From the IMG/VR virus record IMGVR_UViG_3300032261_000007, positions 1 to 55,954 of that record: 55,954 nt of DNA, one strand, 5' to 3'. Positions within the stretch are counted from its first letter, which is position 1. Each line of letters opens with the position of its first letter. The position numbers were made by a program, and so were the translations under genes. Positions 9,668-19,864 of this stretch are shown in pieces. Below the pieces are notes generated by a model. That model had not been told where the DNA came from. It saw only the letters and a list, made by a program, of their open reading frames with translations, and did not search any database. Source of the stretch: a virus. Its lineage: Duplodnaviria; Caudoviricetes.

Positions 9668-12423
9668 CAGGTCGTCGCGTACTGTGAATCCGGCGGTGCC
9701 CAACCGCCCCAAGCGTTATGGAACGGTGCCTGCCCCGGCACGCCCATCATGCCAGCAAGCTGCGTCGAGATCGCTTCACTGATCCGCCGCCCGTCGATAT
9801 TGAGACTGACCACAATCGGGCGGGCGTCCTTCGACGGCGCATTCCAGATCGCGTTGCGGGTCGCCGCCTCGATCTCGGCCGGACTGGCGGCGCTGTGCCG
9901 CTCTGGCGTCGGCGTGATCGCCTGACCGGACGGCCCACCGGGCAACCCGGGCACTGCCGGAAGACCCGGCACCGAGCCGGGCGGCGCGCCCGTCGGCGCG
10001 ACCGGCACGCCGGGCCGCGGCGTAAAACCGAACAGCCCGGGAATGCCCGGACCGGACACAACGCCTGCGGCTGGTGCCACCGTAGTGGCCAATGGTTGCG
10101 CGGGCGATGTCGGCTTCCAACCCATCAACTGCAGCGCCCAATTCTTGATGGTGCTGAAGATGGCATTGAGCGCGTTGTCGATCGCTGCCGCCGCCTCGTT
10201 GTGCATCTTCAATTCCCAAGCAACGAGGCTTGCCGTCCACGTATTGACCCGCGCCCATACCTGTTGCGCATCGAGATTGGCAAACCCGGCAACCACATTG
10301 GTTTGCCACCACTGACCGATCCGATTTGATACTCCTTGAGCATCGAGATTGGAAAATGCGCCGACGACGTTTCTCTGCCACCACTGCCCGATCTGATTCG
10401 ACACGCCTTGGAGATTAGAAAACGTCCCGACGACGTCTCTCTGCCACCACCCGGATATTCCACGCGATACCGAATCGTCAGCCAGCCAGCGATTCCATGG
10501 TTCGGTGATATGCGTGCGCGCCCATTCGTCCATGCGCCACGCCATCTGAACATTCCAGCCTGCCGGTGGCTCTTGCTGTTTTTGTTGTTCCGGCGTCGGT
10601 CCCGTCGTCGCCTTCACGACCGGGTCCACGATGTTACGATGCAGCCAAGCCGTCAGCGTTTCGGACACGCTCGTGCTGTGCATCCAGCCTGATACCGGGC
10701 CTTCAACTTCCCGCGCGAACCACACATTGAGCGACTCGCTTATGCTGTGGCTGTTCATCCAATCGCGGAACGGCTGGCCAACATTCCTATCGATCCAGTC
10801 GCTGATCACGGTATTAAGCGGCGTGCCTTCGGTGAAAGCATCATGAATGAATTTGTTGGTTGATTGCGCCGCGGCGGCCATCTCCGCCTTGAATGCGGCA
10901 TCGCCTTTCTTAGCCTCGTCGATCAGCGCATCCCACAGCGCGCCACCAAGCGATTCGATTTGCTCCTTATGGACTCCGTGTTCTTCAATGTCCTTGATGG
11001 CGCGGGCGACTTCAGGATGCTGCGATAGCTGATAGATCAGTGACGACAGCGCCGCGATGATCGCAACAGCACCACCGATCGGCGTGAAGGCTAACGTAGT
11101 CAACAGCGCTGCGATCCCGGTGCCGGTCATGATCAAGGCAATGTTGCCGATCGCTTTGGTGAAGCGCTCGACCGTTTCCGGGTTTATTGTTCTGAGATAA
11201 TCGTAAAGGTGAATCAAACCGGCCAGCACGGTCTCTTCGAGTACGACCTTGATGTCCTTCGACGGGCCGCCGATCTGAACGATGATGTCGTGGAACACAT
11301 TGCCGATGGCTTTTTTGATCGCTTCGGGATCGTCGGACAGCATCGCCCGCTCAGCCTCTTCGGCCGTCATCGCGTGCTGCGCCCGCTGCCGCGCCGCTTC
11401 CAACGGTGCCACTTCACCCGGCGCGCGCGGCCAAATGCGACCTTCGGTCAGCATTCGCATCCACGGCGCAGCCGCAGTCTGGCTGCCGAACATCTGCCCT
11501 AGTTCGGCAGCGATCCGTTGCTCGTCCGGGCCGTACTTTTGCAGCAGCGCCGGACCGAGCGAACGCTGCATGAACTCATAGGGATTGGTCGTCGCTTGCC
11601 GCAGCATGTGCGGCGTCAAGCCTTCCGGCCCGCCGAATATGTCGTAGACCCATGCTGGCGGTTTGCCCTTCGCTAGTTCTTCTGGCAGCTTTTCCAGCCG
11701 CTGCAACCCTTGAGCAATGCCGCCGCCGACATTGGTCAGATACGGATAGAACTCGGGCGACATCCCCGGCGCGGCCGCACCCATGCGCCGCACCGACTGC
11801 AGCATCATTCCCGGCGTCATGGTGCGCCCCGACGCAAAGTACATTTGCGTCATCAGCTTCTGCAGATCGAGGAACTGCTGTTGCTGCGCCCGCGTACTAA
11901 GACCGAGCGTTTGCGCAAGCTGAACGACCGTATCGGTGCCTTTCTCACCGAGTACCCCGGCAGTCTGTGCAGTCGGGCCGAGCAGTTTAAGCGCCGAATC
12001 CATCGAGCCGGTGACCGCCGCCAGCCGATTGATCAGCGACATATTTTGTTCGGGCGACGTCAGCGGCATGACGCGGGTCTGCGCCTGCGCCGCCGCGATC
12101 GCCTTCTGCACATCGACCTGTTGCCAGCCCGCCTCGTTCATGTGGGCGATCTGTTCGGCCATGCTCTGGTACTTGGTGGCGACCAGATCGATCGCACCAA
12201 GCGTGCCAGCACCCATCGCCAACAGACCGCCAGCGCCAAGGAAACCGATACCGCGCAGGCTGGCAAAGGTCGCCGCGGTGCGCTGGCCCATCTGTTCCAG
12301 CTTATCGGCGGCGTCCATGGCGGCGTCGCCGAGCTTGCCGAGCATCCGCGCCAATCCGACTACGACTTTGGTGGCCTCGTCATCGACGGCCAACCGCATC
12401 GCAATTTCATAGATGTCAGCCAT
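9667..12423 (-). CDS. Tape measure protein
   Basis: About 918 aa, helical, hydrophobic segments, Trp-periodic repeats, C-terminal VSLNIDGRRISEAI; start moved to MADIYEI. Confidence 0.8.
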   Translation of the reverse strand: MADIYEIAMRLAVDDEATKVVVGLARMLGKLGDAAMDAADKLEQMGQRTAATFASLRGIGFLGAGGLLAMGAGTLGAIDLVATKYQSMAEQIAHMNEAGWQQVDVQKAIAAAQAQTRVMPLTSPEQNMSLINRLAAVTGSMDSALKLLGPTAQTAGVLGEKGTDTVVQLAQTLGLSTRAQQQQFLDLQKLMTQMYFASGRTMTPGMMLQSVRRMGAAAPGMSPEFYPYLTNVGGGIAQGLQRLEKLPEELAKGKPPAWVYDIFGGPEGLTPHMLRQATTNPYEFMQRSLGPALLQKYGPDEQRIAAELGQMFGSQTAAAPWMRMLTEGRIWPRAPGEVAPLEAARQRAQHAMTAEEAERAMLSDDPEAIKKAIGNVFHDIIVQIGGPSKDIKVVLEETVLAGLIHLYDYLRTINPETVERFTKAIGNIALIMTGTGIAALLTTLAFTPIGGAVAIIAALSSLIYQLSQHPEVARAIKDIEEHGVHKEQIESLGGALWDALIDEAKKGDAAFKAEMAAAAQSTNKFIHDAFTEGTPLNTVISDWIDRNVGQPFRDWMNSHSISESLNVWFAREVEGPVSGWMHSTSVSETLTAWLHRNIVDPVVKATTGPTPEQQKQQEPPAGWNVQMAWRMDEWARTHITEPWNRWLADDSVSRGISGWWQRDVVGTFSNLQGVSNQIGQWWQRNVVGAFSNLDAQGVSNRIGQWWQTNVVAGFANLDAQQVWARVNTWTASLVAWELKMHNEAAAAIDNALNAIFSTIKNWALQLMGWKPTSPAQPLATTVAPAAGVVSGPGIPGLFGFTPRPGVPVAPTGAPPGSVPGLPAVPGLPGGPSGQAITPTPERHSAASPAEIEAATRNAIWNAPSKDARPIVVSLNIDGRRISEAISTQLAGMMGVPGQAPFHNAWGGWAPPDSQYATT

Positions 12424-12940
12424 CGCTGCCGCCCCCACCCGCCGCGGCGACGGCCTTATCGACCATGCCGGTGATGTCGAGCAATTCGAACTGGTCGGAC
12501 GTCAGGCTGATGTGCACGCCCTTGCCGACCAGCGCGACAACTTCTTTCTCCTTGTGCATCGCCGCGCCCATCAGAAACGATCGCGGCGGGATGCCGCGCC
12601 GAGTGCCTAGCTCCATCCAGACGCCCTTCGGATTGTTGGTGCCGACCCGGGCCTCGTGCTCGTCGGACGAATACTGGATCGAGTCGCGCAGTTCGCCGGT
12701 CATCAGCAACGGATCGTTCGGCGCAAACCCTTTATTCTCACGCGCGATCTGCGTCGCTAGCTGCAACTGCGGCCAGCCGTATTCGTAGGTGCCGATCACC
12801 CGCTTGGCTTCCTTCTGGATAATCAGCGCCGCATGATCGAGCAAAGCATGCCGTACTTCCGGCTGCTGCTGTGCGCGCCGGTTCAAAAGCTCAGCCATCT
12901 CGTGTGGCGAGACCCTATGATAGCCGACCGGAACTGCCAT
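12416..12940 (-). CDS. HK97 gp10-like neck/tail component
   Basis: TGELRDSI..VGTN..ELGT..IPPRSFL motifs. Confidence 0.78.
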   Translation of the reverse strand: MAVPVGYHRVSPHEMAELLNRRAQQQPEVRHALLDHAALIIQKEAKRVIGTYEYGWPQLQLATQIARENKGFAPNDPLLMTGELRDSIQYSSDEHEARVGTNNPKGVWMELGTRRGIPPRSFLMGAAMHKEKEVVALVGKGVHISLTSDQFELLDITGMVDKAVAAAGGGGSDG

Positions 12941-14806
12941 CTAGTCCCTTTGACTGCCTGCGGTACGAACGCCGAGAATGTCGAAGATGCGATCGCCCCA
13001 AATCTCGGTCTGCGATCTCGGCCGCTGCCATACACCGGGTGCGGTTTCCCGCGACTTGTCTGATGGCGCAGTGGCCGCCGGAATAATATTGGTCGGATAA
13101 TTCGGATTGCGCCGGATGTTCGGAATGCCGCCGAGCTTGGTGATCGCATTCCACATCGCCGAATCGGTCGGCGTCGGGATGACGCGATCGTCGGTCGGCC
13201 TGACCGACGCATCGGCAGGCGTCGCGATCTGCTGATTGGTATCCTCAGTGGTCGGCAGCCCGGTCGTTTCCGTCGGCGTGCCAATATCGACATGCGGCCC
13301 CTTGCGGCCGAGATAAGCAGTGGCAACGGCGTGCCGCGCCTCGCGTTCTTCCGGCGTTTCGTTGGCGACCGCGCCACCGCGCCGTTCGGCCTCAACCTGA
13401 CGCTGTTGCTCGACCCGATACGATCGCGCGTGCGGCGTGCCGGGATGATCACCGTAGACTTCGCCGCTCTGCCGGTTGACGACATACTGGCCGGACCGCA
13501 CTTCTTCCGAGAAGTTAGGATCGCCGCGGCTGCCTTGGTCGGTGAAGCCTCTGACCAGATTGCTGCCCGCCAGCGCCTTGTCCATCTCGTGGTAGTCGTT
13601 GCCGTAGCGATCGACTTGGTTGCGCAGATAGGATTCGTTGATCTCGCCGCGCTGGACCGGACCGTAAAACTGGCCGTATTTGCCTTTCAGATAATCACTC
13701 AGCGTAATGTCGGGATGCGTGCGCCGCAGCGCGTTCAAGCGATTGAACAGCGACTCGGCGACTTCCGTGCGCTTGCCCGCGGATTCTTCGTGGGTCAGCA
13801 CGCCCGCCAGAAAGCGCTTCAGCCGCGGATTGGCGTCAAGCTCGTCCTTGATCCATCTGCGCTCGTTGCGCAGATACGCACTCGACGGTCCGCGATCGGG
13901 CTCATTGCTGGTCATCGAGCCAACCGGAGTCTCGGCGTCGGTATCTGGACCGCCCGGATGGCCGACTTCACGCGGCAGCAGCGGCGGCATCTTTGACGCT
14001 TCTTCGGCGATATTGCCGTAAGCGGTCGGTCCCGGACTCTCCTGCATGTGCATCAAGTCGTATTGGCCGCCGCTGTGGAAATAGCCGCCCCATGAGAACG
14101 GCATTTTGTCGGCGCGCGATTGCCGCGCCACATCAAGCGCAAACTCGTGGTAAGCGGCAAACTCGTGGGTGCCGGGGCCTAGCCCGATATTGCGCAGCCA
14201 GCCGACGCCGGGCTCGTAAAGCTGCATGTCGAGCGCGCGGCCTTGCCGGTGCAGCGATGTCGGCCGCCCATGGGTCGGCGAATAGCCCGACGTAATCTTC
14301 CACTTCCAGCCCGGGTGCTTGGCCATGAACTCGTTGGCACCCTTCTTGACGTTCTCGACCAGCCGCGGATCGACGCCGCGAAGCTGCACTTCGGATTCCG
14401 GCGGTGCATCCTTGGCTTGCTTCGGTGCCGCTTCTCCACTCGGGCTACCCGGCAAGCCTTTGACGCCCGCCATGCTGTCGGGGCCGTAATAGCCGCGACG
14501 GCCCGGACCCTTCGGCGGTAAGCGTTCTTCGGGACGAATACGGTCCTTGGTGTCGTCGGGGCGGGGCCGTGCCCGCGGGCCGATATGCGGCCGGAACAGC
14601 GGTCCGGTGCCGCGCGACGGCCGACCAAATCCGCGCGGCCCCATCGGTTCGCTGCCGGGATGGCCGCCGCCGGGGAAGCCGGGCAGCGGTGCCATATGCT
14701 CGTCGGGCATGACCGCGAACTCGTCGGCACTGGCATCCTCGTCGATGTCAATGTCGATGTCGCCGACCTTCTTTTGGTCGAGCAGAATCACGCCAGCCTT
14801 GGTCAT
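12941..14806 (-). CDS. Virion-associated peptidoglycan hydrolase (M15-type peptidase plus SleB/Hydrolase_2-like domain)
   Basis: LRGVDPRL..ITSGY..SLHRQGRALD..WGG..DLMHMQ (M15 Zn motifs); HEE..EVAESLFNR..GQFY (SleB-like). Confidence 0.65.
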   Translation of the reverse strand: MTKAGVILLDQKKVGDIDIDIDEDASADEFAVMPDEHMAPLPGFPGGGHPGSEPMGPRGFGRPSRGTGPLFRPHIGPRARPRPDDTKDRIRPEERLPPKGPGRRGYYGPDSMAGVKGLPGSPSGEAAPKQAKDAPPESEVQLRGVDPRLVENVKKGANEFMAKHPGWKWKITSGYSPTHGRPTSLHRQGRALDMQLYEPGVGWLRNIGLGPGTHEFAAYHEFALDVARQSRADKMPFSWGGYFHSGGQYDLMHMQESPGPTAYGNIAEEASKMPPLLPREVGHPGGPDTDAETPVGSMTSNEPDRGPSSAYLRNERRWIKDELDANPRLKRFLAGVLTHEESAGKRTEVAESLFNRLNALRRTHPDITLSDYLKGKYGQFYGPVQRGEINESYLRNQVDRYGNDYHEMDKALAGSNLVRGFTDQGSRGDPNFSEEVRSGQYVVNRQSGEVYGDHPGTPHARSYRVEQQRQVEAERRGGAVANETPEEREARHAVATAYLGRKGPHVDIGTPTETTGLPTTEDTNQQIATPADASVRPTDDRVIPTPTDSAMWNAITKLGGIPNIRRNPNYPTNIIPAATAPSDKSRETAPGVWQRPRSQTEIWGDRIFDILGVRTAGSQRD

Positions 14807-14985
14807 CGCCGCTCAACCAATTGCATCAAGTTCCAGTCCCATTCCTTGCCGCTTTCCATTTCCGAGAACACAATCGAATAGGCCAGCCCTTCGCCGGTCC
14901 CAAGATAGTGCGCCACATCAAAAGGGACGCCGTTCCGAATCAGCCAACAGGCGCGTCGGAAGCCAGCGTCCCTGACAAGTTTTTT
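14803..14985 (-). CDS. -1 frameshift extension of the tail assembly chaperone (gpGT-like)
   Basis: Slippery A_AAA_AAC at 14979-14985; the -1 frame reads LVRDAGFRRACWLIRNGVPFDVA...EWDWNLMQLVERR* and its stop overlaps the next ATG. Confidence 0.75.
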   Translation of the reverse strand, partial: KKLVRDAGFRRACWLIRNGVPFDVAHYLGTGEGLAYSIVFSEMESGKEWDWNLMQLVERR

Positions 14986-15380
14986 GCTTCTTCCAGCGGC
15001 TCGACAGCCGGTGCCGCTTTGACACTCAAGCGCACCAGCGCCCGGCCCGCAGCGGCGAGACCTTCAGCATCAAGCTCGTCAAAGATCGAGCGCAACTCAT
15101 TATACGAGCGCGGGAAGGCGATGATCTTTTGCTGGCCTTCCTCATGGATTTCACACACCGCCGCCGCCAGCAATAGCGGCGCGCGATGCGACAGATCAAA
15201 GCGGGTGCCGTCCGGCCGCGGCACCATCTCGAAACCGGACAGATGCGGTGTCATGCCGACGATCTCGGTCTGCTCTGAGGGGTGCAATAGCCGCACCGTG
15301 ATGATGCGGCCGAAGTCATCGGCCTCTTTTTCACGCAAGCGATACCGCTCACGCGCCTGTCTGGCGGTGAGAGCAACCAT
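14940..15380 (-). CDS. Tail assembly chaperone
   Basis: Follows tube gene; ends EEAKN with slippery heptamer. Confidence 0.75.
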   Translation of the reverse strand: MVALTARQARERYRLREKEADDFGRIITVRLLHPSEQTEIVGMTPHLSGFEMVPRPDGTRFDLSHRAPLLLAAAVCEIHEEGQQKIIAFPRSYNELRSIFDELDAEGLAAAGRALVRLSVKAAPAVEPLEEAKNLSGTLASDAPVG

Positions 15381-15401
15381 GATATTTCCCCCTGCTTGGC
15401 G

Positions 15402-15839
15402 TTACGATATTCGGATTTTGTCGCTGGCTAATCCGTCAAGCCGGATCGGTATCGTCTTCTCCCGGCTGATGTCGCCATGATCGATCAGGTACATCACGCA
15501 GTTGGTGTACTGATAGCGCGAGATCGAGTTGTCGGTGTTGTGGATGTACTCGTTGAGCACACCGGGCAGCATGATCTGGCTGGCTTGGAACGCGGCCGAA
15601 TAATCGACCATGTAGTCTTCCAACGTCGGCACCGCGCGCGTAATCACGAACTCGACACGATAACCGTCCGGCACATAGCCGAACCGCGGCACATTGTTGT
15701 ACGGCATAGTCTTGAGATCGTGTTTCTGTCCGTGGATGCGGACGCTCTGCACGTCGCCAATATCGACGATCGCGCCGGTATCGCCACGAAACCAGATGAA
15801 CGTGTAGTCTACGCCGACATTCATACCGTTGACTGGCAT
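15402..15839 (-). CDS. Tail tube protein
   Basis: 145-aa beta-rich gene directly after the sheath; strong SD (AAGGAG). Confidence 0.75.
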   Translation of the reverse strand: MPVNGMNVGVDYTFIWFRGDTGAIVDIGDVQSVRIHGQKHDLKTMPYNNVPRFGYVPDGYRVEFVITRAVPTLEDYMVDYSAAFQASQIMLPGVLNEYIHNTDNSISRYQYTNCVMYLIDHGDISREKTIPIRLDGLASDKIRIS

Positions 15840-15872
15840 GACCTAATCTCCCTTTCCTTTCCTTAGTTAAAA

Positions 15873-17816
15873 CTAGAACGCGGTGTTGACGGCGCTGCCG
15901 AGCGTATTCGGCTGTGCCGCAAGCGAAGCCGCCGACGGTGGCGTTGATTGCACGTTGACGGTGACGTTACCGCCGCCCATGAACTTGACGACGAAATAGC
16001 GGACGACGTTCAGATAACGAACCTGCCAGTACAAGAACAAATAACCAAGTGCTTGTAGGTTAGGCGGGTTATTTGTTAAGTCGCAGGTCACCAGCCACGG
16101 AATGTCGATCATGCCTTGACCGTTGATGCCGAGTCCGACTTGCGGTGAGGCAAGCTGCGCCGACAGACCGTCGAACAATGCCTTGGCCTGCGCCCGGGTC
16201 ATGTCATTCGGCTGGATCGACTGCAGGCGGCCAACGAACGAGCCCGCCGCTTTCGACTGCGACGTGCGGATCAGGAAGTTGGTCATCCGCGTATATTCGA
16301 TGCCGTTCGCCGCGGTGTTAGACGAAGCGTTGCGGCCGGTAGCGAACGAATAGTAATAACCGCCGGGCGACGACAGTGGCCCCAACACGGTGTCGATGCC
16401 GCCGGTATTGATCAGCGACAATTCAACGTCGCTGTAGGTCTGGCCCGACTGCGTGCGCTGCGTGGACGAGATGCCCTGCAGCGGCTTGTTCAACGGCGAT
16501 TGCTGCGGCGACAGGTTGCCGAGAATGCCGAGACCGAACGCACTCGGGTTGATCTGCCGCGACAGCCCGTTATAGCTGTCATAGAACGTCGGCCAATCCC
16601 CCAAGATCAGCCAGAACCACGGCGTGTCGATGCCGGACGAGATGCGCGTGGCAAGGCAGTTGGAAATGGTATCGCCCGATACCGTGCCAAACACCGCCAA
16701 GCAGGTTTCGCTGAGCGCAAACGATCCGATCGCCGCATAGTCGGCATTAGTGGTCAGGTCGCACAGCGTGAAGCCGTCAACATTAGCAGCCCGCAACGCA
16801 TACATGCCCTTGCGTGGCACGATGTCCTGGCCCATCAGGATGGCGTCAGTCACGCCGGAATCGCCGTCGGTGCCGCCGGTCATGGTCAGCGGCGTCGCCA
16901 AAGTCGGCCCCGCCGTTGACGAGCCAGCCGATGCCACCACAATCATCGACGGGGCATGCGTGATGGTGCCGGTGTTGATCGCGTTAGCGGCATTGATCCA
17001 GAACTGGTTGCCGACGCCGCCGATATTGTTGAACTGTTCCGGCACCAAACCCGGGAAGCTCACGATCAGCATGTAAGTATTGGCTTGCGAGCCGTTGACG
17101 ACGTCGAAGGTCACCTGATTGCCGAGCGTGCCGCTGTATTTTGCGGTCAAGGTCAAGCCGGTGCCGCCGACGCCAGAACCGCCGGTCAGCGTTGCGCCCG
17201 ACAGCGTGATCACCGTCGAGGATTTTGCCAACGCGATCGAGTTGCCCGCCGTGCCGGGCGATGCCGCCAAGATAGTCAGCACCAAGCCGTTGAGCGAATA
17301 GGTGCAACCTTTCAAGTTTGGATCGTTGGAGTTTTGCAGCACGTACAACAAGTCTTGTAGCGTCTGCTGCACCGTCGCTGCGATCAGCGCGCTGGTGAAC
17401 GTGATCACCGTGCCGTTGATGGTCAGCGTATCGTTGACCGTTGGATTGCCCGAGAACGTCGCCGTGCCGCTAGCATAAGTGCCGCCGGTCCCGACTGACA
17501 GCGTTGCTGCTACGTCGGTGCCGTCCGAAACGCGCACGCACTGGAAGCCGATCGCACCGCCGACCTGACACGCCGCCGAAACATAGGACGCAATGTCGTG
17601 GTTGCGCACTTTCGGCGGACCGAGCTGGACCGCGCAATCGACCGGCTTCGAGACCGGGATCAACGCATTCAGCGGACCCCACGAGCCAACGCCCACCAAG
17701 CCCTCGATGTTGGTCGGAAGGCCGAGCAGCAGCGGAGTCGGAAGGATAATATCCCCGTAAACGCCGGGAACGGTAAGCGCAGCAAGATTTTGCTGACCAT
17801 CTAAAAACACAGGCAT
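15873..17816 (-). CDS. Tail sheath protein
   Basis: VPGVY, GVGSWGPLN, LTAKYSGTLGN, GGTDG and CDLTNN motifs; 647 aa. Confidence 0.9.
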   Translation of the reverse strand: MPVFLDGQQNLAALTVPGVYGDIILPTPLLLGLPTNIEGLVGVGSWGPLNALIPVSKPVDCAVQLGPPKVRNHDIASYVSAACQVGGAIGFQCVRVSDGTDVAATLSVGTGGTYASGTATFSGNPTVNDTLTINGTVITFTSALIAATVQQTLQDLLYVLQNSNDPNLKGCTYSLNGLVLTILAASPGTAGNSIALAKSSTVITLSGATLTGGSGVGGTGLTLTAKYSGTLGNQVTFDVVNGSQANTYMLIVSFPGLVPEQFNNIGGVGNQFWINAANAINTGTITHAPSMIVVASAGSSTAGPTLATPLTMTGGTDGDSGVTDAILMGQDIVPRKGMYALRAANVDGFTLCDLTTNADYAAIGSFALSETCLAVFGTVSGDTISNCLATRISSGIDTPWFWLILGDWPTFYDSYNGLSRQINPSAFGLGILGNLSPQQSPLNKPLQGISSTQRTQSGQTYSDVELSLINTGGIDTVLGPLSSPGGYYYSFATGRNASSNTAANGIEYTRMTNFLIRTSQSKAAGSFVGRLQSIQPNDMTRAQAKALFDGLSAQLASPQVGLGINGQGMIDIPWLVTCDLTNNPPNLQALGYLFLYWQVRYLNVVRYFVVKFMGGGNVTVNVQSTPPSAASLAAQPNTLGSAVNTAF

Positions 17817-17843
17817 GGTGTTGTCTCCTTATTGCGCGACCGC

Positions 17844-18011
17844 TTAGCCCGTTGGCGGCGTCTGATCCGGTGGCGGCTGATCGGGAACGAAAACGCGCAC
17901 GACGCGGAAGTCGTGATCGGCAAGCACCTTGGCGATCTCGTCAGGATCGGTGATTTCCTGACCTTTGACGTAGCCGTGGAACGGTTGGGTAACGACGTAT
18001 TTGTAGGCCAT
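17844..18011 (-). CDS. Small protein upstream of sheath (55 aa)
   Basis: Hand-translated MAYKYVVTQPFHGYVKGQEITDP...; SD GAGGA upstream; fills the gap between genes. Confidence 0.6.
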   Translation of the reverse strand: MAYKYVVTQPFHGYVKGQEITDPDEIAKVLADHDFRVVRVFVPDQPPPDQTPPTG

Positions 18012-18023
18012 CGCGAATGTCCT

Positions 18024-18998
18024 CTAGGTTTGCGCGTTGATCGGCGGCGCGTTGTATTGCGGGCTAAGACCGTACTCGTTGGTGATCTGCACCGAGACCG
18101 ACGTAACGACGAAGCCGGGGAACGTGGTCAGCGTCGCGTACTCGGCGAGATAAACCAGATCACGGCGGTAGATGGTGGCGACCTGCTGCTCGTCGGTCTG
18201 TGTCGTATGCGACGGCAACAGCAACGCCATGGTGCCGTCGGGCAGATTCATCTTCAGGCAGGCGCGCGGATTGTCGTATGGCCCCTGCTTGAGCACATTA
18301 TCGACCGCCGCGGCGAGCACACTGCGCGAATGATGATCCGGTGCCCATACCGTCACCATGATGCCTTGGCGCTGGCGATGTGATGTCTTGCCCAAGACTC
18401 CAGTCGCGCCTTGCCGCACATCGAGTTGATACTTGGCCGGTACGGTGAGCGTCGTCGCGGTACTGGTGGCGGCATAGCCTTGCGCCACCGCTTGCGCCGC
18501 AAGATCGGCAAGAAGGCTAGCGGTTGTCGTATCACCGCCATGCGCGCCCGCTGATGGTTGATTGCCTGCCGAGATCGCATAAGTGCGATCGATAATGATC
18601 GACAGATATTCGCCCGCGACCGGCTGCCCGCTGACCGTAATGACGGTGCCCGCGGTGCTGACAGTCAAACCGTAAGCGGGCGGCGTGATGACATAGGTCT
18701 CGTCGAGCACCTGATAGATCGCAGGTGCCGCCGCGCCGGGCACTGGATAGATCGAGATGTTGACGACCGGGCCGTTCGGCCGCGGCGCGGGCGTTGCCCC
18801 GGGCGACGGCAGATATTTGCCGCTGACGTCGAGATCGAGTTGATCCGGCAGCGGCCAGCCCTCGTAAATCCGCACATCCATCGGCTGCGTAAAGCCGGGC
18901 GGGACCGGCGCAATCGACGGCTGGCTGGTGCCGTTCGGATAGACGATCGCAGCAACCTGCTGCGTCAGAAACGCGGTGACGTCGGAAAGATCGGCCAC
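18024..18998 (-). CDS. Tail completion/terminator-like protein
   Basis: Position between head closure and sheath; RIYEGWP and IYRRDLVY motifs. Confidence 0.6.
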   Translation of the reverse strand: MADLSDVTAFLTQQVAAIVYPNGTSQPSIAPVPPGFTQPMDVRIYEGWPLPDQLDLDVSGKYLPSPGATPAPRPNGPVVNISIYPVPGAAAPAIYQVLDETYVITPPAYGLTVSTAGTVITVSGQPVAGEYLSIIIDRTYAISAGNQPSAGAHGGDTTTASLLADLAAQAVAQGYAATSTATTLTVPAKYQLDVRQGATGVLGKTSHRQRQGIMVTVWAPDHHSRSVLAAAVDNVLKQGPYDNPRACLKMNLPDGTMALLLPSHTTQTDEQQVATIYRRDLVYLAEYATLTTFPGFVVTSVSVQITNEYGLSPQYNAPPINAQT

Positions 18999-19001
18999 CG
19001 C

Positions 19002-19400
19002 TTACGCCTCAAGCCGAATGCATTCCAACTGCCAGCCGATGGACGTCCACATCGCCGACGCGACGCCGTAGCGGTACATATCGTCGTCGATAACAATGTC
19101 GCGATCGCGGATGGCGTTCTTCGGCACCGCAGTCGGCGGAATGTTGATCGTCCACGACGGTCGATAGACAATATCGGCGGGCAACAACGACGAGCGCGTG
19201 CGCCCGGCAGCCTTAGACGTGATCGCGCAAGGCACCGCGGTGAACAGCACGTCTTCGCCTTCGACGTCGGTCCCGATCGTCGGCTGCTCGCCGCCGGAAT
19301 AACCAACATCGCCGATCTGCGTCGAGCCGGTGCCGGTGCCCGCGACAGTGCGCTGGCGATGAATATCGCAGGTACGCTCGTACAGCGTCTGCGTGGTCAT
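19002..19400 (-). CDS. Head closure / head-tail joining protein
   Basis: 132-aa beta-rich; IRDRDIVID..RYGV; position after adaptor. Confidence 0.6.
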   Translation of the reverse strand: MTTQTLYERTCDIHRQRTVAGTGTGSTQIGDVGYSGGEQPTIGTDVEGEDVLFTAVPCAITSKAAGRTRSSLLPADIVYRPSWTINIPPTAVPKNAIRDRDIVIDDDMYRYGVASAMWTSIGWQLECIRLEA

Positions 19401-19864
19401 TCGTGCTGTTCCTCGGGCTCGACTTCAGTGCGCTCCTGACCGGCAGGCGGGATCGGCAAATAATTGTCGTGCATGCCGACCTTGAAGATCGACGGCACAT
19501 GCTCGCCCGGGTCCATACCGCGGCCACCAAACAACGAAGTCGCGTTCGGCAGATTGCCAGCGCTGGCACCGCTCTGTGTCGCCAGCGTATCGAACCGGAT
19601 CGCCGACGCGCTGTAAGCCTTGAAAGCTTGGCTGAAGGACAGCTTCATGGTGCCCGCGGCCTGATCAACCTTGCGGGCAAAGCGATTGGCGATCTTGCGG
19701 CAGCAATCCGCAGCCGCGCCGTACAGCGAGCCGTTCGAGGCCACCGCTTCAGCGATCTCCTCGTCCTGCAGCAACGGATCGGTCGAATCCGCATCACCGA
19801 TCTGATCGCGGATGTAATAGACCGGATTGCTGTTTAACTGGTCGTAACTATAGGACCATGTCAT
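19397..19864 (-). CDS. Head-tail adaptor
   Basis: MTWSY..IRDQIGD..LLQDEEI..AAADCC..IA..FAR pattern. Confidence 0.72.
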   Translation of the reverse strand: MTWSYSYDQLNSNPVYYIRDQIGDADSTDPLLQDEEIAEAVASNGSLYGAAADCCRKIANRFARKVDQAAGTMKLSFSQAFKAYSASAIRFDTLATQSGASAGNLPNATSLFGGRGMDPGEHVPSIFKVGMHDNYLPIPPAGQERTEVEPEEQHE

